Source: Selaginella moellendorffii (lineage: Eukaryota; Plantae; Lycopodiophyta). From it: a stretch of DNA of 64,000 bases. The notes under the pieces are model-generated. The model searched no databases and had not been told where the DNA came from. It saw only the letters and a program-made list of their open reading frames with translations. Positions 1-12,699 of the stretch are shown here, in pieces. A program made the position numbers and the translations under genes. The stretch is taken from contig NW_003314309.1 in the NCBI RefSeq assembly GCF_000143415.4, positions 918,641 to 982,640 of the forward strand. The letters run 5' to 3'. How positions within the stretch are numbered: position 1 is the first letter of the stretch; every line of letters starts with the position of its first letter.

Positions 1-18
1 CAAGAAGCTATAGAGCTC

Positions 19-1707
19 TTGAATGCGACTTTACGTGAAGCTATGGCCTCGGGTGAGGTGGAAAAGATGGAGGCGGCCATAAGCGCTTGTGAGGACGGTG
101 CTCAAGAATTGGTGGACGAGCGGTTACTTAAGCAGGTGAAGGGTGCTCTAGCAAAGCGGCTCAAGCGGAGGGAAAAAGCTAGCGTTCTAGAGGATGATCT
201 CACTTCTGCTATAGAGGATGGAAGCTACGATCGGCTGAAAGCTGCCGTCCTTGCGGTCGAGCAGTCGTCAAGATTTGCCGCTGCTCTTCAGGAAAAGCTT
301 GCAGCTGCGAAGAGGCTTCTTCTGGAGATGGAAAGCCAGACCGCGAGTGAGCCACAGCAAAAGGAAGAGGAGTCTCTGCCGGTTTCAGATGTTTCCACGG
401 TGGTGCCAACTTCCAGTCCTCCGAAGGCGAAGAAAGACAAGCCCTTGAAGCCAAAGAAACCAAAAAGCAGCGGCCGAAAGAACACGGCGGCCGTCACCAA
501 CGCGAACAGCTATCATCCATTGCCAGCTAACGGCGTCCCAGCTCCCCCGGACCCTTCCCATCGACCGCCTCCGACTCTCCAGCCAGCTCACGATCTCCCT
601 CCACTGCTTCCGACTCCACGTCCAACAGGTTTACGTCCTCCGGCTCCTCCCTGCTCCGTTATCATGCCTCCAAAGTCATCTGGACAGCAGCAGCAACAAC
701 AGCAATACCAGCAACAGCACCAGCACCACCTCCAGGCCTCGACGTCGTGCGAGCACAATCCCATCACTCCACAGCTCTTCCCATCGAGCAGGAGCCCACT
801 CAACGGCGAGGTGAGCGACTACAACGAGGCGTCGCAGTTCTCTGTGCTTCTCTCCTCGTCGTGGTCGTCGCCGAGATCGTGCTCCTCGCTCGAGGACGAC
901 GCCTACAACAAGTCATCGTCTCGGTGGGGGAGGTCCCCGGGACCAGAGAACATCACCACCAACAGCAGCAGCCACAGCAGCTATGGATTGGAGTCGCCAG
1001 TCTGGTCGGACCAGCCGTGCCTTGACTCACAGGGATACATCTCCGCGCTACTGGCCACGCTCTTCCCGGTGGAGAGGCTGCCGTCGACGTCGACGACGCT
1101 CTTTAGTGCCTCCCTGGGCGAGTTCCCAGCACCAGCCGCGGGGGAATGCGGCGGCGGTGGTGGCGGAGGAGCAAAACTATCGTCAGGTCTGTCTTCCAGT
1201 GGGCCTGATGATTCTGATATCCTCTCGTTCCTGGACAGCACTCTGAGCAACCTGAGCATTAGCAACGATGGTGGCGACGATTATATCAGTGGTGGTGGTG
1301 GTGGTGGTGGCGGCGGCGGAGGTGGCGGTGGTGGTGGCTCCGCGGTCAACAGCAACGCCGGGTTTGAGAGCTTTGGAAGCGGTGGCGGCAGGAAGGGCTA
1401 CTACTCGTTGTACGCCGGCGGTAATGGTGCTCTTCCTGACTTGACGTCGAGCTTGTTCTCTGAAGAGGATCCTTGCAGGATGAAGGTTGTGGTAAGCTCG
1501 CAGCAGTCGCGGGTGGAGGCGGCGGCGCTGCTGGAGGCGTCGCTCGAGGACTGCTGCTGCATCTGCTTCGACGTGCCCAAGGACGCGGCGCTCGTCCCCT
1601 GCGGCCACCGGATGTGCAAGAGCTGCGGCGAGCAGATCCGGCGCCAGCGTGCCAAGTGCCCGATTTGCAACAGGTACATTGACGCCGTCTTGGCTCTCTA
1701 TGGCTGA
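19..1707 (+). CDS. 3' part of a low-complexity protein with a C-terminal C3HC4 RING finger (putative E3 ubiquitin ligase); 5' end probably upstream of the window
   Basis: C-terminal CCICFD...LVPCGHRMCKSC...KCPICNRYI RING-HC pattern, with Pro, Gln, Ser and Gly-rich linkers. The frame is open from the window edge and the annotated start is TTG. Confidence 0.8.
   Translation: MNATLREAMASGEVEKMEAAISACEDGAQELVDERLLKQVKGALAKRLKRREKASVLEDDLTSAIEDGSYDRLKAAVLAVEQSSRFAAALQEKLAAAKRLLLEMESQTASEPQQKEEESLPVSDVSTVVPTSSPPKAKKDKPLKPKKPKSSGRKNTAAVTNANSYHPLPANGVPAPPDPSHRPPPTLQPAHDLPPLLPTPRPTGLRPPAPPCSVIMPPKSSGQQQQQQQYQQQHQHHLQASTSCEHNPITPQLFPSSRSPLNGEVSDYNEASQFSVLLSSSWSSPRSCSSLEDDAYNKSSSRWGRSPGPENITTNSSSHSSYGLESPVWSDQPCLDSQGYISALLATLFPVERLPSTSTTLFSASLGEFPAPAAGECGGGGGGGAKLSSGLSSSGPDDSDILSFLDSTLSNLSISNDGGDDYISGGGGGGGGGGGGGGGGSAVNSNAGFESFGSGGGRKGYYSLYAGGNGALPDLTSSLFSEEDPCRMKVVVSSQQSRVEAAALLEASLEDCCCICFDVPKDAALVPCGHRMCKSCGEQIRRQRAKCPICNRYIDAVLALYG
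685..723 (+). repeat. CAG/CAA poly-Gln microsatellite in the RING gene
   Basis: cagcagcagcaacaacagcaataccagcaacagcaccag. Confidence 0.8.
1289..1338 (+). repeat. GGT/GGC poly-Gly microsatellite in the RING gene
   Basis: (GGT)n(GGC)n run encoding about 16 Gly. Confidence 0.85.
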
Positions 1708-2808
1708 TCCAGAGATGGTGTGGATGGACACTATCAATTCATTCGCGATTGATATGGCGCTCAGTGGTTCTCGGGAATGGAAGAGAGATTTCACAGGGAA
1801 GAACAAGAAGGAAAAAAAGTTTTGACAGAGGAGCTGAGAAGAGAGCGAGTAAGGAAGGATTGTTTGCTATGTGAGCTTGTCAAGTTTATAACAAATAATT
1901 CTTGCGAGAATGAAATCTCTCTTATTCGTTACATCCTTCTTGACAGACTTCTATATAGTACGAAAGGCTATGGGTTTGGGAGCTATGCTTTACAAACGAG
2001 GCATGAAATGGAGAAATGGTCTCTACTTAAATCTAAAGTTCTTGGTGTATAGTGTTCTTATAGATTGTCTTTGTACACTTCATGCACTCTTGATACAAGT
2101 TCTCTTGTCCCAAGAGCTGTCAAGTTGAGTACTCAGTAGTATCTCAGTTCAATCAACTGAGTAGTTATGTCCCATTGTCATGTAAAAAGTGTCTAAAACA
2201 CACTGAAAGAGCTCAAGACTGTCACTATGTTTATTTCGTTCAATGCACAGCACAATTCTCCTCCCACTCAGATGAAGAACAGACTCCTAGAGCAAAAACG
2301 ATGGTGTTTGAAGAGAGTGCAAACCTTATGAGAATCATCACTTATATTCTGGTAACAGCTTTTCATTTTGGACTTGGTGGAAGCGAATTTCAATACACTT
2401 CATTTGATTGCAAACGACAGTCAAATAGTAATGTATTCAGCTGCTTGTAGTCTAGAAATTTGTGTAACGCAAAAAAATGACTTTGGAGACTGACTAGGAA
2501 ACATATGTTGAAGGGTGGGTGAAAGAGTCGCTAATTTCTAATTTCCAGAGCAAGCATGCACGATTTAAATTATTTTCATTTCTAGTAAGATGGTTGCCAG
2601 CTTATACGAAGGAAATCCCAGAATTCCAATTACTTGGAACAAAAAGACAAGGATTTTGGTATCCATAGGAAAAAAAGAAAAAAAAAAGGAAAAAAAACGC
2701 TTTGGTCTCCTTTTGTTTCGATCAAGGAAGACTCGCTCCTGCGTTGGAATTAAGCTTGTAAGAGATCTTGCACGAGAAGAGGTGAAAAAGAACATACTTG
2801 CGTGACGT

Positions 2809-3957
2809 TTATCGGAGAGTTGGATGGTTCGCGAGTGACCACGGCTGCGATGCTACGGCGGACTTGCGGTAGAGCTGCCACCAAATGAGGACGAGCAGAG
2901 CCACAACCAGCAGTAAGTTCCTGTGAGAAACACAAGATCAAACGATTCATCACGTCGTCAGCTGATATGGTTTTAGAATCCAACAGCTTTCTTCTTTTCA
3001 CGTACATTTCTACAGGCCCTGGATCTGCCTCCACCTTGAAAAAGAAACACAAAGTTTTCTTAGCGCCTTGAAAGCTCTTCAGATGCTTACTCGAGATGCG
3101 GCGTCGTCGACGTTCTCCTGGCACGCCCAACGTTTCAACTCGTAGACAAGAAAGAAAAGATAAAGGATAAACACCGTTTACTTACCACGGGTATGCTCTC
3201 GCCTTCGTTGTTCTCTTCCGTTGCGAGATCGAGCAAACTCGTGGTTGTACTGAAGGTGTCCTGCTCACGAATCTCGCGAATATGTGTTGGTGTTTGCAAA
3301 AATAACGAAAATCTTACTTCGTAGCCGTCGTCTTCGCTCTGTACGTTGTAGAATAATACCAGCTTGTGAGCATTCGCAGCAAAACTTACGTGAACTTACC
3401 GGCAGGATGATCTGGTCGTCGAATTCATCGATGCCCAGCGAGTCACTCTGCGAAAAGGATCAAACGATGTTCTCGATCTTACCCAGAGGGAAGAAGAAGT
3501 CACCTTTGACGGAACTTTGTGCTCCTTTTCTTCAACCTGAGGAAGCCCAAATTTCAATACACCAAGATACAAACAGAGAAACGATGAGAAGGAAGGCATT
3601 TTCATTCCACTCGCAAGAAGAAGAAAGAACTGTCACGCGAGAAAAGAAGAAAAAAATCTTCACGCAAACAAAGAGTGCCACAAAGAGGGGGATCGCTCAC
3701 CGAGACGGCCTGGTGCTGCAAAATCTCGCTCACGACACGAATTGCTTGCGATTCCAGCTCGCCCGCGCTCATCGCTGGTCCCGTTCTTGCGGCTGCTGCG
3801 CAGCAGGGCTCGATGATGTCCCCGGCTTCCACGACCTGGACGGGGGAAAGAAAGAAAGAAAGAAAGATTGCCGCCGCGAGCGATCTAGGAATACCTCGCG
3901 TTCTTCCTCGATCTTGAAACCCTGGCAGCAGCACGGGAGGAAGCACCATTGCCGCAT
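2809..3957 (-). CDS. Unannotated 9-exon gene encoding a 180-aa acidic protein with a Cys-rich N-terminus and a C-terminal transmembrane helix
   Basis: Manually assembled exons 3957-3895, 3835-3701, 3536-3504, 3447-3400, 3338-3318, 3260-3186, 3117-3091, 3034-3006, 2920-2809. All introns are GT-AG, mostly 56-85 nt, and give a 543-nt open frame ending NLLLVVALLVLIWWQLYRK...TLR*. Confidence 0.7.
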
Positions 3958-4137
3958 CGCACGAACGAAAAACCCTGGAGGACGAAGAGGGAAAAAAGCT
4001 TCGTTCTTTGGGCCATATGGTCACAAACAACCCATCATTTGGTCTTTTAAAGGTTTAGGGTTTAAACGATAAAACAGACCTTTAAAGCTAGGCGGAGATC
4101 CAAGAACCCTAATTTTTGACAAAATCTGGCGCGAAAT

Positions 4138-5682
4138 GTGGCCGGGAGAAGATTCTTGGGCGCATCCAAGGACGAGATCGAGGAACGCTTCGCGGCGGCG
4201 CTTAAGAACGCGAGCGACGCGGCCGATCTGCGCGAGGGCCGGAGGATCCACGCCCTAATTGCCGGCAGCGAGCGCAGATCGATCAGCGCCAGCACCTATC
4301 TCGCCAATCTCGTCGTCCAGATGTATGGCAAATGCGGCAGCGCGGGCGACGCGAGGACGGTCTTCGATGCGATCCAGCGCCCCAATCTCGTCTCCTACAA
4401 CATGATCCTCGCGGCCTACTCCAATGCCGGGTCTGGGCATTCGCAGCATTGCCAGGCGCTCTTCGATCGTATGCCGCGGTGGAATCTCGTGAGCTTGAGC
4501 TCGATGCTGCGATCTCTCTCCATGAACAGCGATCTCGACGCGATGAAGCAGCTGTTCGATGAATCGCCGGAGAACAATCTCGTGACCTGGGGCACGACGA
4601 TCGCAGGATATGCCCAAACTGGGCATATTTCCAAGGCGATGGTGATCCTGGAGAGAATGCCTTGCTGGGACATAGTTTCCTGGACTACCGTGATCCAAGG
4701 CTACGCGCGCAAGGGCTTGATCGCCGAGGCCGAGAGGATCTATGCCAAGATCCCGGAAAGGAGCGCGTTTGTGACTAACACCATGATTCTAGCGCTTGCC
4801 CGGGCAGGGAATCTGGATCGTGCCAAAGCAATCTTCCACTCTACGCTGGGGAAGAACACCGTTTCTTGGAACTCAATCGCGCAGGGGCTCGTGGAGATCG
4901 GCGAGATCCACGAAGCAAAGCTAGTGTTCGATCGGATGCCGGGGTGGGACGCAATTTCCCGGACGATGATCGTCACTGCATTCGCCGCAGCGGGAGATCT
5001 CTCCCTCGCCAAGCGCGTCTTCGATCGATTCCACGAACCCAATGCCGTGGCCGCGACGACGATGATCCAGGGCTACTCCCAGCGAGGAGACCTCGAATCC
5101 GCGCAATCCATCTTCGATTCCATGCCACAGAAGTCGCCTTGCTCGTGGAATACGATGATCGCGGCATACGCCCGCAGTGGCGATCTTGCCAGCGCCAAGA
5201 ATCTTCTCGATTCCATGCCCCAGCCCAGCAGCATCTCCTGGAGCTCGCTCATCGCAGCCAGCGATGGAGCCAGCGATAGATCCGCCTTGGAGATCTTCCG
5301 ATCGATGGAGCAGCATGGAGAATCCCCCGACGCGATCTCCCTGACGAGCCTCCTCGGCGCTTGCGGCCGGATGGACTCCGCGCGGCACTACTTCCGATCT
5401 ATGGCGCCGGACCACGGATTATCGCCCAGCCGCGAGCACTACTGCGCGATGATCGACATCCTGGGGCGCGCCGGGGAGCTGGAGCTCGCCGAGGGTTTGA
5501 TCCACGCCATGCCCTTCCCTGCCGACGCCGCCGCGTGGGGATCGCTGCTCGCGGCGTGCCGGATCCATCGCGATGTGGAGCGGGGAGGAATCGCCGCGGC
5601 GCGCGCGATGGAGCTGGATCGAGACGACGGTGCCGTGATCGTCCTCTTGGACGATCTCTATTGCGAGGAACCAAAAAAATGA
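4138..5682 (+). CDS. PLS-class pentatricopeptide repeat protein with E domain (organellar RNA-editing factor type)
   Basis: Intronless; MYGKCGS motif, about 31-aa repeats (A..FD.MP..N.VSW..MI.GYAQ.G), E domain HYCAMIDILGRAG...MPFPADAAAWGSLLAACRIH. First in-frame ATG is at 4321; the ORF start at 4138 is GTG. Confidence 0.9.
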   Translation: MAGRRFLGASKDEIEERFAAALKNASDAADLREGRRIHALIAGSERRSISASTYLANLVVQMYGKCGSAGDARTVFDAIQRPNLVSYNMILAAYSNAGSGHSQHCQALFDRMPRWNLVSLSSMLRSLSMNSDLDAMKQLFDESPENNLVTWGTTIAGYAQTGHISKAMVILERMPCWDIVSWTTVIQGYARKGLIAEAERIYAKIPERSAFVTNTMILALARAGNLDRAKAIFHSTLGKNTVSWNSIAQGLVEIGEIHEAKLVFDRMPGWDAISRTMIVTAFAAAGDLSLAKRVFDRFHEPNAVAATTMIQGYSQRGDLESAQSIFDSMPQKSPCSWNTMIAAYARSGDLASAKNLLDSMPQPSSISWSSLIAASDGASDRSALEIFRSMEQHGESPDAISLTSLLGACGRMDSARHYFRSMAPDHGLSPSREHYCAMIDILGRAGELELAEGLIHAMPFPADAAAWGSLLAACRIHRDVERGGIAAARAMELDRDDGAVIVLLDDLYCEEPKK

Positions 5683-5936
5683 TAGCAGTGGGAGGTATCG
5701 AACCCGTGCCATAGTTTTCCGTGAGTAATATTGCTGTGTGTGCTTTAGAAGGAAAGAAGCGGCAAGGGCTTCTTTTGCTCTTTCGGCGACGAGGGAATGG
5801 CGCGGGTGAGGATCGCCGCGCAATGCTGGAGATCATCCCAGCTGCGCCGGCGCTAGAACCCTAGCTCCGCGAGGAAAGAGGTCAAGGGTTTAGGTGCCAT
5901 TGGAATCACAGCGGCCAGGATTCTCAATCTCTCTCC

Positions 5937-8900
5937 ATGGAAGAAGGCGATAGGAAGACTTACGGCCTCGCCAATACCGCGCACACGGAGATTGCGCAGT
6001 CGCTGCCGCTGCCGAGCCTTCCAATCGGGTTTGGAGCGACGAGCCAGGGATTATCGCTGTTTGAGGAGAATGAGCATGCAGCGCGGCTCCAGGGTGCTAG
6101 AGATGCCGCGATCATGTCCAAGGCCGGGAAAATTGCGGAGCTTCTCGCCAATACCGACTCGAGCTACATGTAAGTCGAAAGAGTCGAGATTATAATCCCT
6201 TCTATCTCTTGTCGATCGTATTTCCAGCACCTTGAAAGACGAGACATCGATTCCGCCCGTTGTGGCAGAGCCTGGAAGCTTGGCGGCCGCTGTTCTTAAG
6301 TTTAATCCCCAAGCATTTAGTTGCCGTTCTTCAGGTATTTTCCTTTTCCATTTTTCTCTCTTCCTTTTTTGGAATGCTTTCACTGAGCTCCCGTCTCCAC
6401 AGCTCCCTTGAAAGCTGAGGTGCCTAAAGCGAAGTCACAGCCATCATCTTTCGCAGCACGTACAGGACCTTTGCAAAACTCAGAGGTAACAGTACTGCTT
6501 GTTAGATAGTCACGTTATAAAACATCAGTGCTTCAGGATCACGAAGAGCAGTCTACCGTAAAAAAGCCCAGGCTAAAGCGTAAGCACCAGCATGATGCGG
6601 ATCATCAAGGCAAAGAAAAGCGGGCGGCAGATTCTGGACGTCGTGAACCGAAACAAAGTGAGTACCTGTTTAGAGCAGCAGTGTATCAAGTGGTTTACGT
6701 GCAAAAATGCAGATGGTATCACCAGTGGAATATGTGAGCTTTTGAACGAGTTCCTTGAGAGGTCAGACACTCATGGTGATCCTGACGGTGAAGAGGAAGG
6801 AACGACCCTGTCCCTCCAAGAGATGAAATCAATCTCGGAGGAGATCACCTCACTTCATGCAAAGGCTGCTGTGTCTAAGATCCCTTCCGAGCGGCTTATC
6901 AAGCTTTTAAATTTTCTGGACCGGCACGTCAGGCATGCTCATTTGAAGGAAATAGACGAAGGAGATGACGTAAGTTTATCTTTGCACAATATTGCGTACT
7001 GAACGACGTTTATTCAGGTAGAGTCCGACAATTTTGAGATTGTCATGACCGCGTTAGAGGCGGTTCAAGTAACATTGATGATCATGTCCTCTCCTAAAAT
7101 GCCCAAGCAGATTTACAAGGAAGAGGTGACTATCTTTAATCCTATTGGCTACTCTCACTTACGCATTTGGGCAGGTCATCGATAGAATCATAGAGTTCAC
7201 GCGGTATCAGATTGTCCATAGTGTTTTTACGGCATATGATCCTCTTTACCGACAAGTTCATAAGAATGGTGGCGACGAAGATGAAGGTAACGCCTCGCTG
7301 TTTTCAGCAAGTTTTATTAAGATGGTTTACGCTTAGTGGACGAGGAAGAAGAAGATGAAGGAAAAAGGGGCAGGCGAAAGAGTCGATCAGGGAAGCCTAA
7401 GAAACTGACATCCTCTAGGTGACCATTTAACTTGCATTTTCTTGTTCAATTATCATCATCTTTTGCTTTGCAGGGTGTCTACTGCTGTCTCTATAGTTCT
7501 TCATAAGCTGTGTAGCATACTTGCGCTTTTGAAGGACCTATTATCAGTGGAGAAACTTCTTGATAGTACCATTCTTCAACTAATGAAGACTGTTCTCGGC
7601 ACGTTTGGTGTTGACAATATACAACTATTGCAGTTAAAAGCGATTGGCGTTGCCAGCATGGTGAGTCTTAGTTTTTGATTCAGGGAAACTATCTAATGCT
7701 TGTCCCTCAGGTTTTCAACATCTACCCGCAGCATCAGACGGTAATGATCGACGAGCTTTTGTCCATGTTATGGAAGCTCCCTTCTTCGAAAAAGAACCTG
7801 AGGACATATCATCTACCAGAGGAAGAACATAAGCAGATACAGATGCTAGTAGCATTACTTCTTCAACTGGTGCAGTGCAGCGTTGCTCTTCCGGAATTGA
7901 GAACTGGACAGGAGAAGGCCTCTACCGATACTAGAAAATGCTTTGAACCTGCAGTTAGCATATGCAATTACTTCTGGAGGAATGTCTTTCAACGATGGGC
8001 TGTGCCAAAGGCTCAAGAAGGTTCGGATGTCAAAGTAGTGATGGAGAACCTAGTATTGGATCTGTTGGCGACTATAAATGTTCCGGAATTTCCAGCTGCA
8101 AGCCTTCTCCTGCAGGTATATGACCATGTTTGTGTCTTAATCTAATCTGGATATATGCAGGTGCTTTGTGTGCTGCTTTTAGGCCCCGCAGGGGTAAAAT
8201 CCAAAGATGTTCCAGTCCGGGTTTCTGCCATTGATATCCTCGGTCAAATTGCTGCACACTTGAAAAGAGATACGGTGGCTTATAGCAAAGATAACCTTTG
8301 GATACTACAGGAAACTCAGGAAGGTCCTAGCGGCTTCGCAAAAGATGTCTGTACAAGCTGTGGTCACTCGAAAGCCAATAAGTTCATCCTGCGGTGTGAC
8401 AGTTGCAAACGGTGGTTTCACGGAGATTGTGTCGGTGTTACTGGACAAGATCTTATTGGGAGAGGATGGTTTTGTCACTGCTGTCTCTGTAGAAACCAAC
8501 TTGCTTCCTTCGACCCAGGATCGAGTGGAAAGTCCCATGATACTTACAAAGTTCCTGAAGATGGAGCAGTTATCGTTCAGCAGATTCTCTTGAATTTCTT
8601 ACGGGAAACTGGTAGCGGAGACAACGTCTCTTTTTTCGCTCGGAGGTGGTTTTTCTTTTTTCTTTTGCTTTTATGACTGAAAGCTTTTGAAATTTGCAGA
8701 TTTTATTTGTGCCTTTGGTACGGGTATGATCCGCAAGGGTTACAAAGTCTTGCTTTTTACCATTGGAGATGGGGATCGAAAGCTCCACATCAGGACTTCG
8801 GAATTACGTCTAATGCCATTTCTCGAGACATCATTGTTCGCATAACTAGAGCACTGGGACAACAGAGGCCGCTAGCACGAGGATTTGATAGAATTTTGGA

Positions 8901-11900
8901 GCGGCTTCTGGTATATATAATTTTAATTGTTCTAGCGATTGATTCTCACCTTCTCTTTCTCAGGCAAGCCTGCAGGAAAATGCATCTAATCCTCGAGCAA
9001 AAGCTTTGAAAGCGGTAAGAATCATTTTAGTTGTGACAATGAAATTCATACAATGATTATGCAGGTTAGTGCAATCGTTGAAGTCGATCCTGGAGTACTA
9101 GCTGATGAAAGAGTACAGAAAGCCGTTGAAGGCAGATTTATGGATTCGGCTATATCCGTGCGAGAAGCTGCGATGGAACTTGTTGGCCGCCACATTGTAT
9201 CTCGTCCGGATGTAGCTATCAAGGTATACTGCCATGCTCGTGTTTTCATATTAACATGTTCTTTGCAGTACTTTGATCGGCTATCTGAGCGCATTATGGA
9301 CACTGGTGTCAGTGTGAGGAAGCGGGTCATAAAAATTCTTCGTGATTTTTGCTTATTGGCGGGTGGATTTCCAAAAGCAACCGATGCATGCATCCGTGTT
9401 ATTTCTCGAATCAATGATGATGAAGCCAGCATTCAGGTATGCATTTCCGATATATGCGAAATGCTAATATATGTTGCTTAGGATCTCGTGTGTAAGACAT
9501 TTTATGAACTTTGGTTTGAAGAGCATCCTGGGCAGCAGACTCAGTTTGTTGCCGACGGAAGTATTGTCCCTTCTGAGATTGCTGAACGCGTACAACAAAT
9601 CGTGGATGTCTTAAAAAGTCTTCCAAACCATCAGCCGATAGTGATGATTATCAAGAGAAGCCTAACCTTAGATTTCATTCCTCAAGGTTCAAAGACGGCT
9701 GCTCCAACCAATATTTCTCAGGCTGCCGTGCGTAATCGATGCGAACTCATGTGCAAGTACCTTATGGAGTGCATCCTGAAGGTAAGTAGTTGAAATATTA
9801 TGGATAGCTCTCTAACAGAGTATGCAGGCCGAAGAGACGTCCGAGGATTCAGAGGTTCAGGCGTTGCCTTATGTGTCAGCTTTGCATGCATTCTGCATAG
9901 TTGATCCTACTCTTTGCGCACCTGCTTCTGATCCATCACGGTTTGCGGTAACCTTGCAGCCATATTTGAAAACACTGGTAATCTATATATTTACTAACAT
10001 AGAAAACATGCGATTTAATCGTTTTATTGCAAACAGGCTGATAATCGCGATATAGCGCAGCTTTTGCAAAGCATTGTTTATGTAATTGATACGGTTCTCC
10101 CGCTACTCAGAAGACCGCCTCAAAATCTCGTGGAAGAACTAGAGCGAGATCTGCGACAGCTCATTGTTCGGTATTCATTCTTAACCGTCGTTCATGCATG
10201 TATAAAGTAAGTTATTTCGGCTGTGGCAGCTGTAACTGCGGTTTTAATCCCGTGTTTGTGTTCAGATGTTTGGCTTCCTTGACAAAAATCTCTTCCAAGA
10301 AAGGAGTCGTGTTTGATTTCCTAGTCCGGCAATTCTACAAAGTTCTCGAGTCGTGGCAAAACAGTGAAATGATTCAAGAGAAGCCAGTAAGCATGAAGTT
10401 GCATACCGTTCTTCCTGATAATGTTTTTATGCTCCAGAACATTCTTCGTTCTTTGTTTTGCCTCGGGTTATTTGTCCGGTACGGAGCAGAGCTTATCGAT
10501 GGCATGAATGACCACGATGTTACTATGAATAGCGTTTTAAATTTGTACACACACTACCTTCAAAGTGAAGATTTTGAAGTCAAGGTTAAGGCACTACAAG
10601 TAAGTATTTTCTCGTTATGGTTTTTATCTAACATCGGGGATAATAGGCGGCAGGATTTGTGTTTCTAGCGAGGCCAGATTTTATGATGAACGAGAGCATT
10701 GGAAAGGTTTTGGGGGATTCATTGATTTCCAAAGCTGATACGCGATTGAAGGTTCGCACTTTTCATATATATGACTATTTAACCAGCTTAGCAAATGGTT
10801 AGATGCAAACTCTTCGGAACTTTTACGAGTATCTGCTCGACGTGGAAAAACAAATGGGATTGGCAAATGCGAAGGATGGCGAAAGCCGAGACGCTACAAC
10901 AGCTGTTCCTATTGCGGCAGGGGCAGGCGATAGTAACATATGTGGGGGTATAATTCAGCTACATTGGGACCGTATCCTGGAAAGGTGTCTGGATAAAGAT
11001 GAGCAGGTCAGGCAAGCTGCGATTAAGGTATGCCTTCTTAACTCTAGCGTTTGTGATCCTCATATTTCTGTGTTCAGGTTGTTGATGCAGTTTTGCGTCA
11101 GGGTTTAGTTCATCCCATGACGTGCGTACCTCAGCTTATAGCACTTGAAGTAGACCAACAAGAAGGCATATCTAAGCTTGCTCATCGTTTGCTAAGCAAT
11201 CTAAACGACAAGTAAGCTACTTTGGATTTGTATTGTTTGAGGCTCGGAGTTCACGTTTCTTTACAGATATCCATCGTTCTTTGAAACTCGTCTTGGCGAC
11301 GGATTGCAGTTGTCCTTCACCTTCATTCAGACTGGTGCAACACACGCTTCACGCGTGAAAAACAAAGTCGACCAAAACGAGGCTGCTTTTGCGCGCGCAG
11401 GAATTTCTCGTATATACAAGCTCATTCGGGGGTCGCGGAACTCAAGAAACAAGTTTTTGGCATCCGTAGTTCGCAAGTTCGACTGGATAACATCACAAGC
11501 ATCCACATCTTTTTTGATGTAAGTGTCTTCACAAGTGTATTTAATCGTGGTCCTTAATCACGATGTTGCAGGTATTGCACCGAGATTCTTGTTTCATTGC
11601 CGTTCAATCTGCTGGAAGAACCTCTCTATTTGATATTCGCCATCAATCGCATTCTGCAAGTCCGAGCAGGTGACCTTGAGGCGAGCATCAAAGCGGAGTT
11701 CCAACAGGAACCACTTTGTGGTTTGATGAAGCAAACCGCACCAGATGCAACAGAAGAAGGCACTTCAATTCAGGTTCCCCAAGAGGTGTTGAAACACCTA
11801 CAGGTAATGTACCCTGAGCGACCCTGGCGTTCTAATCTTTTCCTTTCCAGGTTCAGTCCGATGGGGCAGTGGCGTTATCTTTGCTTTTAAAGATGAAAAG

Positions 11901-12423
11901 GCACTTGAAAATCACGTTTTGTCTTGACGATGCTCGGTGTCAGGTCCGTCTTCTTTTGCATTCCTACTTTAACTGACTTTCGCCACGTTCAGGCCTTCCA
12001 ACCCTCAGATCCTGTAAAGTCCGCGGAGGTAGTTTCAAGACAAGCCGCCAAAGACTTCGATTGTACTGACATCTTTGCTAAACAACCGGAGAATGTGGCT
12101 GAAGTTGTACAACGCTATCAGGTGATTCCACACTTTTTATGTAAGCTTGTTCTGACTTTTATTTTCAGCTATTCAAATCTTTGCTAAAAGCTGACACAAT
12201 GGACTACTCTGCTTATGCACCGCCTGCTTCAACGAGAAAGAGGGGTCGTTCCTCTGCAGCGGCGGATGGTCTTTACCAAGGCAACGGGCATGCCGGGAGT
12301 AAGCTGCGGAGGAAAAGTGCGCCTCCTGCTCCTGCTAGTGACGACGATGGAGATCCCGACGCGGAGGAAGAACATGGAAGAACGCCCTCAAAGCGAAGGA
12401 AAGGCAAGAGCAGAAAACCATAG
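5937..12423 (+). CDS. SCC2: Cohesin loader SCC2/Nipped-B-like protein, multi-exon, with plant-type PHD finger
   Basis: Exon peptides include [51 protein letters not shown] and [20 protein letters not shown] finger CTSC...[12 protein letters not shown]...WFCHCC at about 8350-8490. Many short GT-AG introns. Confidence 0.92.
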
Positions 12424-12699
12424 CTTTTCTCTCCTTTTCCTTTTTCCATCTCCACGATTTTGGCTGACTGTAACATACTTCTTTGCCTGAGAACCTCGCT
12501 CTCTAAAACTCCTCTCTTGTAAGTACCCCTCTTTTCCTCTTCCTACATTCTGACAGTTGTAAATCATTTCTTTTGTGGATACTCACCATTGAATCATTGC
12601 AATGCAACCGGCAATCAATCGAGACAAAAAAGTGCGTCTTTCCTTCTTTCTATACATGTTGTGGGCTAACAAAATTGCTGTAGTGTGTCGCAGATAATT

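Noticed and set aside
3284-4072. 262-aa + strand ORF
   Set aside because: Antisense shadow of the nine-exon minus-strand gene; non-ATG start and no motifs
8345-8495. PHD finger inside SCC2/NIPBL
   Set aside because: Already known as a plant-specific feature of SCC2; not novel
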